From positions 1 through 64,000 of IMG/VR virus record IMGVR_UViG_3300036853_000446: a stretch of DNA of 64,000 bases; one strand, 5' to 3'. A model generated the notes under the pieces. It worked only from the letters and a program-made list of their open reading frames with translations. It was not told the origin of the DNA and made no database searches. The stretch's first letter is position 1. Each line of letters begins with the position of its first letter. Position numbers and translations under genes: made by a program. Shown here piece after piece: positions 42,151 to 52,214 of this stretch.

Positions 42151-43014
42151 TCAACCATTCAGATATCGGGCGGCCACACTCTCGACGAGCGGGTCGGCGG
42201 CAAATCGACCGTACTGCTGGCGCGGCTTGCCGCTGAGATCCTCAAACGTCCACAGTTCAACCTCGGCATCGCTCTTGTAAGCTCTGGTCTTCTGCTTCAG
42301 CTCCAAGAGACGCACCCTCTTTCGCTGGTTGCCCTTGCTGACGGCCATACCCTCGTCGCCCGGCTCACCTGGCCCCGCAATCTGAAGCCCCCAAGCTCCG
42401 CCGGGCAGCGCGCGATAGACACCCTCGAAAGCCGGAGTCGGCTTGGTCTTCTTGAGACCCGGCATCTTGGGTGCGGGCACTGAGGGAACACGTGCGGGCT
42501 CTTCGCGGGAGTTCTCCCTCTCCTCGCGAATCTCTGCCTCCTCCGCATCCTCGATCTCATGGTGCTCTCTAGGCGTCAGATCAGGCAGCGACTCCTTGAC
42601 CGCCTCATCCAAGGCATCCTCTCTGTCAGAGCCACCCCCGCCCGTGTTGAGCCGGCGCTCCTTCCAATACCCGACCTTGGATTCATAAATCTCCAACAGA
42701 TCCTCGATACGTTCCTGCAGAGCGTTGCGCCAGTTGGTCGTACGCATCACCAACTTGCTCGGTGGCATGAGCGCCTTGTTCTTGTCGGTCAGCATCACGA
42801 CCCTGATCGAATCTGAGCCCTTTTTCCGTACTATGCCGTCTCTAAAAATCGACGAATAGACACGGATGAAAATCTGGTGATTGTCACTGAGGCTCAGATG
42901 AAAGACCACCTGACCCTTGTAAATCTCCTTCTTTGGATGCAAGGCACGATAAGCCCTCTTGAGGAAAGCCTCCATATCCTCGAGCGTGATTTCGACGAAG
43001 CGACTACCAGCCAT
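42151..43014 (-). CDS. Hypothetical protein, 287 aa
   Basis: ATG at 43014 overlaps the helicase stop (preferred to track start 43095); globular N-terminus, acidic linker, C-terminal SVAARYL. Confidence 0.7.
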   Translation of the reverse strand: MAGSRFVEITLEDMEAFLKRAYRALHPKKEIYKGQVVFHLSLSDNHQIFIRVYSSIFRDGIVRKKGSDSIRVVMLTDKNKALMPPSKLVMRTTNWRNALQERIEDLLEIYESKVGYWKERRLNTGGGGSDREDALDEAVKESLPDLTPREHHEIEDAEEAEIREERENSREEPARVPSVPAPKMPGLKKTKPTPAFEGVYRALPGGAWGLQIAGPGEPGDEGMAVSKGNQRKRVRLLELKQKTRAYKSDAEVELWTFEDLSGKPRQQYGRFAADPLVESVAARYLNG

Positions 43015-46000
43015 TGTTGCCCCCGACGAACGGCAAATCATTGACGGTGTCGCGTCTATAGTCTTCGACGAAAACCGCGGCGGTCTTGGGTGCATTCTCC
43101 GCTTCTGCGCCGGGCACCGGTACGTTCTCTCCGAGAGTCAGACCAGCCTCGCCCAAGAACGGGCTCATTCCAGCTGGCTTTCCCCCGTACTCGCCAGGAG
43201 CCACCACCCTCAAATCCTTCGAGGCTCGGGTCAGCGCCACGTAGGCCAAGCGCCGGAACCCCTCGAGTTCACCATCCATCTCCGCCAAACGCTCGGGGGT
43301 CAACTCCTCATCCGGATCAACTCTCGGTATCATCGGAAACTTACCCTTGGTCATCTGCACCGTGACATAAGGCCATTGCGCGCCTTTGACGCTATGGACA
43401 GTCCCTAGAAATACCGCTGGTGGCGGCGTACCACCCTTCCACTTGTCCAGGTCGTAACTCAGCTCTTTCGAGCGCGCCCGCAGACGATTCATCTTTGCAA
43501 CGAAGCCTTGCGGCGTCTCAGGCGGGAAAGCCGAGTCCAACGGATCGTCGGGGTTCGGCTTTGCCAACTCGAAAAGAAATGACACGTTGCCGAGCCCGCT
43601 CGTAGCTACCGCCTGGTCGTCAACATCGCCCTCTTCGTCGTCTGCATCGTCGCTCTCCTCTCCACCAATGTCCTTAGCCGAAGCGGACAGTGACTCCCGA
43701 AAGGTCGTTGGGTTCTGGAGGAGCTTCCCCGTCTTCGGGTTGTTCTTCCACTCCATTCCCGGAACAGCCAGAACGGCGTCGAACAGCACCTTGGTGTTGG
43801 TATCCTCTTGCGTCGCAAGCATCCCGAGATCAGTCAAAGCAGAGGACAGGATCTCGAGCTGGTCGAATACGTAGTCTGGCGCCCCGGGACCCTTGAGTGC
43901 TTTGCCCAACTCAGTCCGAAACCGTGAATCCCGCATTGCGGCCACGGGGTTGACTTCCTTCATTGAAAGGCCAAAACGTCGTGCGTAGCTGTTTACAGCA
44001 GTATCCGTCGCAGCCTTAAGCTTCTCTGCATCGTTGATGTAAAAACGGTTGGGATTGTTGAGGATCTTTACGAACGCTTCCTGTGCCTTCTCAGCGTCGG
44101 TGTCCATCGCGAGTGTCACGTACCCCAAAAATGCCTCGGTCTCTCGCGATGATAGGAAGCTCGAGCTTCCCTTCCGGGCGTAGGGAACCCCCTTGATCAA
44201 AAGGGCAGTCTCGTAGGAATGCAGTTCGGCATTGGTGGCAGCCAAGATGGCATTGGATTCGGCAGGTACCCCCTCACCCCCCTCCCACCGGCCTGCGATC
44301 TCTCGCGCTACGGCGAGCGCGGTCGCGGCCTCATCCACATAAACCGAAGCGTTGACGCTAGCCTCGCCCTTAACCCTCTGAGGGGAAGCAATGGCTTCCT
44401 TATTCATTCGATTCTTGTTGTGCGCGATGAGCTTGTTGGCTGCCTCGATAACTTCAGGCGGACAGCGGTAATTGGTCCTTATGAGCCGCGTCTTCCAACC
44501 TGCGGCACCATCCAACGCGACGAAGTCTTCGGGGCGTGCACCGCGGAACGCATATATACTCTGGTCGGGGTCCCCGACCATCCAGAAGGACTTTCCATCG
44601 CTCCCGTCGGTGACCTGCTCGGTCATCAATCGAAGCGCGCGACTTTGGGACTTATTTAAGTCCTGACATTCGTCGACCATCACATGATCGTAGGCCTTCT
44701 GAGCGCGGCCACGAATGTCGGGGCTTCTTTCGAGGATGTCACCGAAGACCGCAATCATGTCGTCGTAGTCGCCGATGCGTCGAACCGACTTCCGACCCCC
44801 TTGGGTGATCGTTCGCATGTCGGTGATGAACTTATCGTACTGGTACTTGACGCCCTTGGCATCAGCACAATCCTGCGGGCGCCACGCGATCGACCCTTTG
44901 AGCCCCTCGTACATTTCGTACCATCGAGCGGCTTCCTTCTCCTTATCCGAAACGGCCCCCGCCAAGGCTTCCGCTGGGCTGATCCCGTTGGCGCTCCACT
45001 TCGTTTTGGCAAGCTTCATTGCCTTCGCAGGCGGAGCCTCAGCGTCATTGACCTTTCCCGTCAACTCGTCGACCGTCGCGTAACATTTACGCCAAATACG
45101 ATTGACGGCAGTCGCGGTCGGACCCCCAGCTAACTGTGGCTTGGTGAGCCCTACAAAGAGGGTCTTCTCTTGGGCATCCCCGTACTTGAGAATGGACCGC
45201 TGATAGAGGCTGTGCATCGTACCCACCTGCATCGCTTGGGCTCGATCCTTTCCCACGGCCTCAGAAATCTTGTGTTTCAGTTCGGCCGCCGCCTTCGCAT
45301 TGAAGCTCGTCACGAGAATGCGTGCTGGGTTGACCTTCCGCTCATCGACCAGGTATTTCACCCGGGCTACCAAGGTCGTGGACTTCCCCGCGCCGGCACC
45401 GGCCGCAACGAGAACGCGACCATCCGTCATGGCCGCGGCACGCTGCTCGAGGTCCAAGCCACGCAGCGACTCAGGAACATCGGCGTCACTAAGACTAGTT
45501 TTTGCGGCCGCCGCTGCAGCCGTGGCGATGCCGATAACCTCACTCCGGGTCGGAGGTGCGTCGTCCTCACCAGAGGTCTCGAGCACAGCACGGGCCGCTT
45601 CAGTAGCGTCGTTCTGAAGCTGCTCGAGAGCACCCGTTCTCTCATCCTTGGCTTCCTGAATGTCCTCTGCTTCTGTCCTGGTCTCCTCGGCTGCTTGTTG
45701 CGTCTTGAGCGTTTGAGTCTGGTCCACGACAGCGACGGCGGCCATTTCGACCGGGTTCTGAATGACACTCCCCGAGCCGATCGTTTCCTGAGCCGTCTTT
45801 ATCCAGTTCTTAATCCGGACGTTTCTGAGAGGCACCGTAACGTAATCCGCAAAAGCCTCTGCGGGTTCACTCAATACGTTCGCGGCGACACTGATCTTGA
45901 TAGCCCGGCGTGCACGAGGTTCCTTGAAGATGTCTGGCAAGTCCGTCGAACGATGGAGCGCCACCCGTAAAGCTAGTGCACGACGTCCGAGCTGCTCAAT

Positions 46001-46291
46001 ATTCGAGATTCGGACCCGAAAAGTCCGCGCCACCGTTGCCTTTGAGACTGGGCGTGTGAGCTTCTCGGCAAAGAAGTCACGAAGGCCGTCGCCATAGTTC
46101 GCGTCCGTGAGACGGACCAGATTGATTCCCTTGTGAATATGGCCGTCTTTGGCGTCTGGGTCGCCCATCTGCTGTTCGACGTAGAGCTTATATGAAGTGA
46201 TCGAGAGAAGCAGCACGACGTACTCGGCGACCTCGACGTCTCCGATCAAGTCATCGTCATCATCTTCATCAGCTAAAACTGGTTCGGCCAT
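43004..46291 (-). CDS. uvrD: UvrD/Rep/PcrA-family SF1 DNA helicase with ~275-aa N-terminal extension, 1095 aa
   Basis: All SF1 motifs seen: AGAGAGKSTTL, TSFNAKAA, GTMHS, DECQD, GDPDQSIYAFRGA, TNYR, TVHSVKG, RRLAYVALTRA. Symbol indicates family only. Confidence 0.92.
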   Translation of the reverse strand: MAEPVLADEDDDDDLIGDVEVAEYVVLLLSITSYKLYVEQQMGDPDAKDGHIHKGINLVRLTDANYGDGLRDFFAEKLTRPVSKATVARTFRVRISNIEQLGRRALALRVALHRSTDLPDIFKEPRARRAIKISVAANVLSEPAEAFADYVTVPLRNVRIKNWIKTAQETIGSGSVIQNPVEMAAVAVVDQTQTLKTQQAAEETRTEAEDIQEAKDERTGALEQLQNDATEAARAVLETSGEDDAPPTRSEVIGIATAAAAAAKTSLSDADVPESLRGLDLEQRAAAMTDGRVLVAAGAGAGKSTTLVARVKYLVDERKVNPARILVTSFNAKAAAELKHKISEAVGKDRAQAMQVGTMHSLYQRSILKYGDAQEKTLFVGLTKPQLAGGPTATAVNRIWRKCYATVDELTGKVNDAEAPPAKAMKLAKTKWSANGISPAEALAGAVSDKEKEAARWYEMYEGLKGSIAWRPQDCADAKGVKYQYDKFITDMRTITQGGRKSVRRIGDYDDMIAVFGDILERSPDIRGRAQKAYDHVMVDECQDLNKSQSRALRLMTEQVTDGSDGKSFWMVGDPDQSIYAFRGARPEDFVALDGAAGWKTRLIRTNYRCPPEVIEAANKLIAHNKNRMNKEAIASPQRVKGEASVNASVYVDEAATALAVAREIAGRWEGGEGVPAESNAILAATNAELHSYETALLIKGVPYARKGSSSFLSSRETEAFLGYVTLAMDTDAEKAQEAFVKILNNPNRFYINDAEKLKAATDTAVNSYARRFGLSMKEVNPVAAMRDSRFRTELGKALKGPGAPDYVFDQLEILSSALTDLGMLATQEDTNTKVLFDAVLAVPGMEWKNNPKTGKLLQNPTTFRESLSASAKDIGGEESDDADDEEGDVDDQAVATSGLGNVSFLFELAKPNPDDPLDSAFPPETPQGFVAKMNRLRARSKELSYDLDKWKGGTPPPAVFLGTVHSVKGAQWPYVTVQMTKGKFPMIPRVDPDEELTPERLAEMDGELEGFRRLAYVALTRASKDLRVVAPGEYGGKPAGMSPFLGEAGLTLGENVPVPGAEAENAPKTAAVFVEDYRRDTVNDLPFVGGNNGW

Positions 46292-46400
46292 GTGTTCCCG
46301 TACACCGCCACCGATAAACAGAATCGCTGCTACGGGTTGCGCCCCTCACCCAACAGCCTGCAGCCGCGCGAAGATGACAAGGGGGTTGGCACTAAACTCA

Positions 46401-46442
46401 TCCCCAGAACGTCGAAGCCTTTGCTTCCTGACGTTCTGGGGA
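46401..46442 (-). promoter_or_regulatory. Long hairpin directly 3' of the sheath gene (terminator-like or mRNA-stabilising)
   Basis: Perfect 13-bp arms TCCCCAGAACGTC/GACGTTCTGGGGA plus inner GAAGC/GCTTC; only a weak U-tract. Confidence 0.75.
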
Positions 46443-46456
46443 ACAAGTCAACAATA

Positions 46457-49400
46457 TCAAAGCTTTGATCTGAGGTTGAAAGTGCAGACGATATATAGAA
46501 GCGGATATATAGGCATAAAAAATGCCTCGATCCTGAGTATCGTCGGATCGTCCGGATCCACGATCGCTGAGATACCGGTGAAGGCCCCGACGATCTCCGC
46601 TTGGACGAGCGAATTGAACATCGCGGTCAAGCTGATCTCCACGTCATTGGTGCGGCTCGCGAGGAACTTCGTGCCGATGTAGACGTCGAGAGTCGAACGC
46701 GCCGATTGCTGCACGAGGTCCGCGATCTGAGTCACGGTCGGGAGGCGACTCAAGATCGTACTCATGTCCGTCGTGAGCCCGTGTCGAATCCGCATTACGG
46801 GGGCGAGGTCCTCGAGCAGCGTCACACCGCTCGTCGCTGTCAGATTGGCCTCGACGGCGTCCAGGATGCGCGGCAGCCGCGTGAAGCCCTGGATGCGTCG
46901 CCGGGTGAACGGCGTCGCCACGTCGAACGCGGGGCTCACCGCAGACCCCGCCACGGCGGCAGCGAGGAACGTCCCGTCAACGAGCGTCTCGAAATTGTTC
47001 CCGAGTTCGTCCGTGAGAGTCACCACGGCCGAATCCGGGTAGATGGCGATGACGCGGTTTGACTCGATGCTGCGAGCCACGGTCTGGGCCGTCGTCGGTC
47101 CCGTCCCCGATGCGAACCCAATATAGGCCATCCGTTCCGACTGGTTGCGGATGGTCGACATGACTTCGACGTGCTGGAGCGTCGCCGAATAGATGGCCGT
47201 GCTGGTCGAGAGCGGCACGATGACGTCGGGCTTGACGTTGCCAGGCAACGGCTTTTCGAGGTCCTTGAGGGCCGTGAGAAAGGCGCGATCCGAGCCCTGG
47301 TTACTGCTCGCGGCCTTGAGGACCTGCTTGATGCCCACGAGAACGGCCCCGTTGAGGATCATGAGGAACGCGGCCAGCGTGACGCGATTCTCGCCGCTCA
47401 AAACGCCGAAATTCGCTTCGATCGTCTTGAACTGCGCGAAGAGGCGCGTCCCGAAATCCTGCTTCATGTAGTGGTAGGTAATGAAATAACTGTCGCCGAC
47501 CGCCGGCTCGAGTCCGCCCGGGTTGAATGTCTGGATGCTGGCGGTGTCGTTCAGGCCGACCCCGACCGTGTCTGTGACGATCAACTCGAGACCCGGCACG
47601 CTGAGGTACGCGATCGACGGACTCACTTTCCACGTCTGGGAAACGTCGAGCGTGAACGCTCCCGTGTCCGTGTAGGTGCCCACGGCGCTCGGGAGAACCG
47701 TGAAGCAGAGCCCTGTGCGGGCGTCCGTATAGGTCTGACCCGGGAAGCCCGTACCGGCGGACCCCGCGGGATTCGTCGAGGTGACGATGAAATCGTCCTT
47801 TGCCGCCTCCCCGTTGTCTCCGTCGCCCGGGGTAATCCCGATCCCCGTGGTCACGTTGAACGCCGAATTGCTGCCGTCGGCGAGCACGACGGTCGACCCT
47901 ACCCCCGTGTGGAGCGATTCGATCGTGATGAACTCGCGGTCGTCGATCTCATGAACCCAAGCGAAGGCTTCTGTCGTGAAGGCCGCAGGGTTCGACGTGT
48001 TCATGAGGATGTCGACGATCTCTTGCGCCGTGACGCGCGTTTCAGACACCTGAGAGCCCGTCGAAAAACCCAGCCTCGTGTTGGCCGAGCCCGCCTTGAT
48101 GAGCAAACGGCTATTCGAACCCGTAGTGGGGCTCGTCAGCCGTATGTGGTTCAGGTTTGATAGGGTGCCGACGGAGGCAAGACCCCCGACGACCGCGTTG
48201 ATGTCGGTCACGATCTGAGCCGCGGTCCTGCCGATACCAGCCGTCAGCGGAATGACGTACTCGACGCCGTCGACCTGCAGATTCAGCTGGTCGTTGACGC
48301 TCGCCGTAATGTCGATCGGCTCCGCCAAGCTGCCCACCAGAGTCGCGGGCTTGTTCGTGGCCGACGCCGTGCCCGAGGCCGACTGGAACGCTTTGAATCC
48401 GAGAACGGCTTCAACGGTGCCTGGACGAACCGAGACGACCGCGCCGTGGTCGAAACCGCCCGGCAACGCTTCGGGCGTCGTGACGGATTTGACGATGAAC
48501 ACGGCATGGCTCGAGCCGATCGAGACCGTCGATGCCAGGGTGGTCGCCCCGAAAACGGTATCGAACACGGCGTCCATTTCCGCCACGATCTCGGACGGGG
48601 TGCGCTCGCCCGGCGTCAGCGGGATGCTCACCTCTCCGTTGCCGCCCGTCATGCCGTGGACGATGAATCCAGAGTTGACGACCGTATCCGTGACGGCTTC
48701 GTTGCTGCCCTCTGCATCGGACGAGTCATTGATCAGAGGGACGAGGGCGCCCACCGGAGCCGACGCCGTGATGAGTAGCCCGTCCCCGACCCCATTGATG
48801 GCCGCCTCGATGGAGGCTGCGACAACGGCCTCCGAATCGCCACCCGTGAACGTGACCGTCACGTGCCCGGAACCAACGCCGGCTCCGCTGTCGAATTCGA
48901 AGACGGTGGGATCGTTGACCCCGTCGTCCAACGTGAAGGTCTCGCCCTCGATGAGCGACGCGCCGCCCACCGCCGTGATCGAGCCTTTGGAGGCGGATAC
49001 CGCGTCGCCAATGGTCAGCTCGAGGACGTTGCCCGGGGCGTCCGGGATCGTAATGTTGCCGCCCGAGAGTGCGACCTTTCTACTCACGAGATAGGCGGGC
49101 GAAGCCGTGCCCAGGTTGGCCACGAAGGCCGTCCCGTTGACCGTCACCCGGAACTGATCGGAGCTTCCCGAGTAGAGATCGTAGGGAGCTTGACCGTCGT
49201 TGGTGAATCGAGCGTTCGTGGTGGTCGTCGACCCAAAGGTCACCGTCACCGTCTCGTTGACGGGCGATCCGGCGCCCGTATGGAAGGCGTCTGGCACCTG
49301 CTCGGCGCCGCGCGGCCACTGGACGACTTCGGGCAGCCCCGCCTTGTTACCGAACCGCACCTGGAAGAGGTTCGTGCCCAATACCGAGCTGCGGACCTCG

Positions 49401-51058
49401 TACTCGCCGGACCCGAGGGCGCCTGACACCTTGTTCGTGAGCGTGCAGACGTCGTCCGTGATCCGGCTGTAGTTGTAGGTTGCGAAGACCGTCTGGTCCG
49501 GCGGCACGACCTCACGCACCTTGAACCGGAGCGTGGTCGAGTCGACCTCCACAACCGTCAGAGCCGAACGGCTGAGAGCGTCGTTGACGTTGCGCCCCGC
49601 CCAAGCCTGGACCAGGTCCGGGCGGTTGCTCGGGAGCGAAATGCGGCTATTGGAAACCGCCGCGTACAGCGTCTGCCCGAGAGGCGTATCCCGGCCATTG
49701 CCCGTTGTCGGGACTTGGGTCAGCACGAACTCGCTGTCGGCGATGAGCGCCGGCACGACGCCCGTATCCACATAGCGCTCGGTCGGAGCCATGAAAATCT
49801 TCTCGTCGACGAGCGTCGAGAGGATCTGAGTCGAGTTGAGGACGGTCGTGCCCGCGGTGTGGCCCGTATTTGCCACGCTGACCGACGTGCCCCAATGGAT
49901 GACCGAGACGTCGGCGCTCGGATTCTCGACGACGAAATCCTGTCCCTGAATGAAATCGCTACGTCCAGAGGCAAACCCGCACCGGACGACGTCCGTGACC
50001 AGAGTGTTGGGTAGGTAGTCGAAGGTGTCTTGCCACGTGTTGGCAAAATACTGGACGCTCACCGTTGCGCCCTGTGGCGGCGGTAGCGCGAGGGTCACGG
50101 TGCCGTTCGTGCCGTCAACGGCGATCGGGACCTTCTGCACGCCGTTGACGAGGACCGTCACCTTGGTCGTGTCGTTCGTCGTGATGCCGCCGTCAGAGCC
50201 ATCCACGATCGGGCGCTGGAAGACTCGGAAACTCTTGGCTCGGCTCGTCTTCTTGCCTTGGGTAAAACCGAAGACGCCGTTGGCTGAGCCGTTACCGATC
50301 TCGACTTCGGAGGCCGCGATCAAAGTCAGGTGGTCGAGCCCGCGGTTGTCGGTAAAGACGAGCGTGGCAAGGCCGGAAATGAGATTCGAATCGATCTCGA
50401 CCTTGAGCGCCGCCGCCGTGTAGGTCGCCGCGGCGAGCGAAAAGATGCGCTCCGTGCCGTCGATGATGACCGAAAGAATCGACGCGCTCGACGAGATCAC
50501 GAACGGCGCCGCCGCTGGCGACGTCAATTCCGCCCGAGTCGCCGTCACCTGGTCGGAGACCGTGTCGGTGAAGGCCGTGTCCGTCCGTCGGAAAAAATAC
50601 GTGACCCGGATGTCGTCGCCAGCCTGCGGAGGCACCTGCAGCGTGACGTAGCCGCCCACCCCCTGCACTGCCCCGACCGCTACCTGCAGGCCGTTGATGG
50701 AGACGCTGACCGCGCGCACGTCGTTCACGACGCGGCCGTAGCCATTGCCGTCGACAATGGGGAAATTCCGAACCCGGAGCTTCGTCACCAGGCCATTCGC
50801 GGCGCCCAAGGTGGGGTTGTTCGGATTCCTCTCAGCGAGGACAAATCGAACCGAAGCATTCTCGCTCAGGATCTGCTGGTCGAGATTCGCGCTCGAGCCA
50901 CGGATGTTCTCGAGGTTGGACTGGATGAGCTGCTCCTGTCCGACGCCAAGGATCACGGGGATGCGCAATCCCGCGACGAGATTTGCAGCGTTTGCCTCCG
51001 TCAGTGTGCGCGTGTACACGCCGGGAGGAACGTACGTCACCATCGGTCCGATAGCCAT
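46457..51058 (-). CDS. Contractile tail sheath protein, 1533 aa, with multiple inserted domains
   Basis: N-terminal YVPPGVYTR; C-terminal sheath core KPDVIVPL, QSERMAYIG, RVIAIYPD, TRRRIQGF, GVTLLE, IRHGLTTD, TVTQIADLV, EAFFMPIYPLLYI; strong AGGAG SD. Confidence 0.9.
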   Translation of the reverse strand: MAIGPMVTYVPPGVYTRTLTEANAANLVAGLRIPVILGVGQEQLIQSNLENIRGSSANLDQQILSENASVRFVLAERNPNNPTLGAANGLVTKLRVRNFPIVDGNGYGRVVNDVRAVSVSINGLQVAVGAVQGVGGYVTLQVPPQAGDDIRVTYFFRRTDTAFTDTVSDQVTATRAELTSPAAAPFVISSSASILSVIIDGTERIFSLAAATYTAAALKVEIDSNLISGLATLVFTDNRGLDHLTLIAASEVEIGNGSANGVFGFTQGKKTSRAKSFRVFQRPIVDGSDGGITTNDTTKVTVLVNGVQKVPIAVDGTNGTVTLALPPPQGATVSVQYFANTWQDTFDYLPNTLVTDVVRCGFASGRSDFIQGQDFVVENPSADVSVIHWGTSVSVANTGHTAGTTVLNSTQILSTLVDEKIFMAPTERYVDTGVVPALIADSEFVLTQVPTTGNGRDTPLGQTLYAAVSNSRISLPSNRPDLVQAWAGRNVNDALSRSALTVVEVDSTTLRFKVREVVPPDQTVFATYNYSRITDDVCTLTNKVSGALGSGEYEVRSSVLGTNLFQVRFGNKAGLPEVVQWPRGAEQVPDAFHTGAGSPVNETVTVTFGSTTTTNARFTNDGQAPYDLYSGSSDQFRVTVNGTAFVANLGTASPAYLVSRKVALSGGNITIPDAPGNVLELTIGDAVSASKGSITAVGGASLIEGETFTLDDGVNDPTVFEFDSGAGVGSGHVTVTFTGGDSEAVVAASIEAAINGVGDGLLITASAPVGALVPLINDSSDAEGSNEAVTDTVVNSGFIVHGMTGGNGEVSIPLTPGERTPSEIVAEMDAVFDTVFGATTLASTVSIGSSHAVFIVKSVTTPEALPGGFDHGAVVSVRPGTVEAVLGFKAFQSASGTASATNKPATLVGSLAEPIDITASVNDQLNLQVDGVEYVIPLTAGIGRTAAQIVTDINAVVGGLASVGTLSNLNHIRLTSPTTGSNSRLLIKAGSANTRLGFSTGSQVSETRVTAQEIVDILMNTSNPAAFTTEAFAWVHEIDDREFITIESLHTGVGSTVVLADGSNSAFNVTTGIGITPGDGDNGEAAKDDFIVTSTNPAGSAGTGFPGQTYTDARTGLCFTVLPSAVGTYTDTGAFTLDVSQTWKVSPSIAYLSVPGLELIVTDTVGVGLNDTASIQTFNPGGLEPAVGDSYFITYHYMKQDFGTRLFAQFKTIEANFGVLSGENRVTLAAFLMILNGAVLVGIKQVLKAASSNQGSDRAFLTALKDLEKPLPGNVKPDVIVPLSTSTAIYSATLQHVEVMSTIRNQSERMAYIGFASGTGPTTAQTVARSIESNRVIAIYPDSAVVTLTDELGNNFETLVDGTFLAAAVAGSAVSPAFDVATPFTRRRIQGFTRLPRILDAVEANLTATSGVTLLEDLAPVMRIRHGLTTDMSTILSRLPTVTQIADLVQQSARSTLDVYIGTKFLASRTNDVEISLTAMFNSLVQAEIVGAFTGISAIVDPDDPTILRIEAFFMPIYPLLYIVCTFNLRSKL

Positions 51059-51094
51059 AACTACTTGTATCTCCTAGGTTTTTTGTTGCTCTAA

Positions 51095-51155
51095 CATCTG
51101 TGTCTCATCTGGGTGTTGCATCTGGATCTGGGTATGGGTGGGATTCGCCGGTCTG
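51095..51155 (-). repeat. Cluster of CAGA(T/C) motifs in the sheath 5' leader
   Basis: Minus strand GCAGACC...CCCAGATCCAGATG...CCCAGATGAGACACAGATG. Confidence 0.7.
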
Positions 51156-51162
51156 CTAATTC

Positions 51163-51633
51163 TCAGCCGCGGAAAAGAAGGTGTTGGAGAACGATCTTGG
51201 CGGCCATATCGGTAGTGAAGGCCCCAATCTTGAAAACCTTCTCCTCCTGGACTTTCCCGTTCACGGTATCGAGGTCCAGGTCGAACCTCACCTCGAAGTG
51301 TCCGGTGTGAATGATGGTTGCATAGCCATCGATCGGCATATCGCTCATGTCTTCGCCCGTGAGCGTCAAGAATATTGCAGAACCGCCCGACGAATCACTG
51401 ACTTTGGCCTGACAATGGCCCTGCTCAGAGGTTATCTGCTTTGCCACCTCACGAAGAAAGTCGCGGTCGGCTTCCTTCAAGTAATCGTTGTAAGACTTGC
51501 CCCCCGCGATGCGCGCTTTGAGTGTTTGCAGCTCTGACGCCATGCGTGAACGAGACGGGCGCGCGCTCTGAGAGTATGTAAGGAGGCGGCGCAGCTCTCG
51601 TTCAACTTCGTTAGCTTTGACAATCTTGCGCAT
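51163..51633 (-). CDS. Hypothetical protein, 156 aa
   Basis: ATG 51633 (MRKIVKANEVE) preferred to track TTG 51696. Confidence 0.65.
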   Translation of the reverse strand: MRKIVKANEVERELRRLLTYSQSARPSRSRMASELQTLKARIAGGKSYNDYLKEADRDFLREVAKQITSEQGHCQAKVSDSSGGSAIFLTLTGEDMSDMPIDGYATIIHTGHFEVRFDLDLDTVNGKVQEEKVFKIGAFTTDMAAKIVLQHLLFRG

Positions 51634-51711
51634 CGGTCGGGACCCTTGTGTTGAACGAGAAGCCTGGCGGTGTCTGCCAAACAACAGGCCGAACAACGCT
51701 TTATTGACGGG

Positions 51712-52194
51712 CTAGGTCTCTTTCTTCATCGAAGCCGTCGAGATGCCCTTCAGCGGGGCTTCGATGCCATCTCGGACGGCCTTCTCTTTGAAGGTGACCT
51801 CGAGCTTCTTACGCGCGGCGAAGCTTCCCTGCGACAGCGTCGTGTATTCCGTGACGACCTGACCCTGCTCGACCTGGTCACGCCGCGCGAGGCCTACGCC
51901 AAGGCCACGGATCTTGTCTTTCGCTGCGTTGCGCTCGTGGATGATGTGCCACTGCGCCTCTGCCGAACGCCCCACGACGTTGTCCGCTGTCGGATAGTCG
52001 TGCTTGGCCACTCCCGAGTTCGCCCGCGCCGTCGCCGCCGTCTCGCAAAAGCCAAAGCCGAAACCCTGGCCTTCCCATTCTCGAGGGGCCCCCTTCTTAC
52101 AGCTCGGGCACTGACACGTCGCGTTTATGCCCATGGCGAGCCGCCGCTTGAACTGGAGATTGCAGGCGCCGCATCGAAACGTGTACTGAGGCAC
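51712..52194 (-). CDS. FmdB-family zinc-ribbon protein, 160 aa
   Basis: MPQYTFRCGACNLQF...CPSCKK matches MPxYxxxCxxC...CPxC. Confidence 0.8.
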   Translation of the reverse strand: MPQYTFRCGACNLQFKRRLAMGINATCQCPSCKKGAPREWEGQGFGFGFCETAATARANSGVAKHDYPTADNVVGRSAEAQWHIIHERNAAKDKIRGLGVGLARRDQVEQGQVVTEYTTLSQGSFAARKKLEVTFKEKAVRDGIEAPLKGISTASMKKET

Positions 52195-52214
52195 CTTTTA
52201 GCCGATTCCTTCGC

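Noticed and set aside
43004-46291. Intein in the helicase
   Set aside because: No C/S...HN-C/S/T splice junctions or LAGLIDADG motifs; the extra length is an N-terminal extension and acidic loops.
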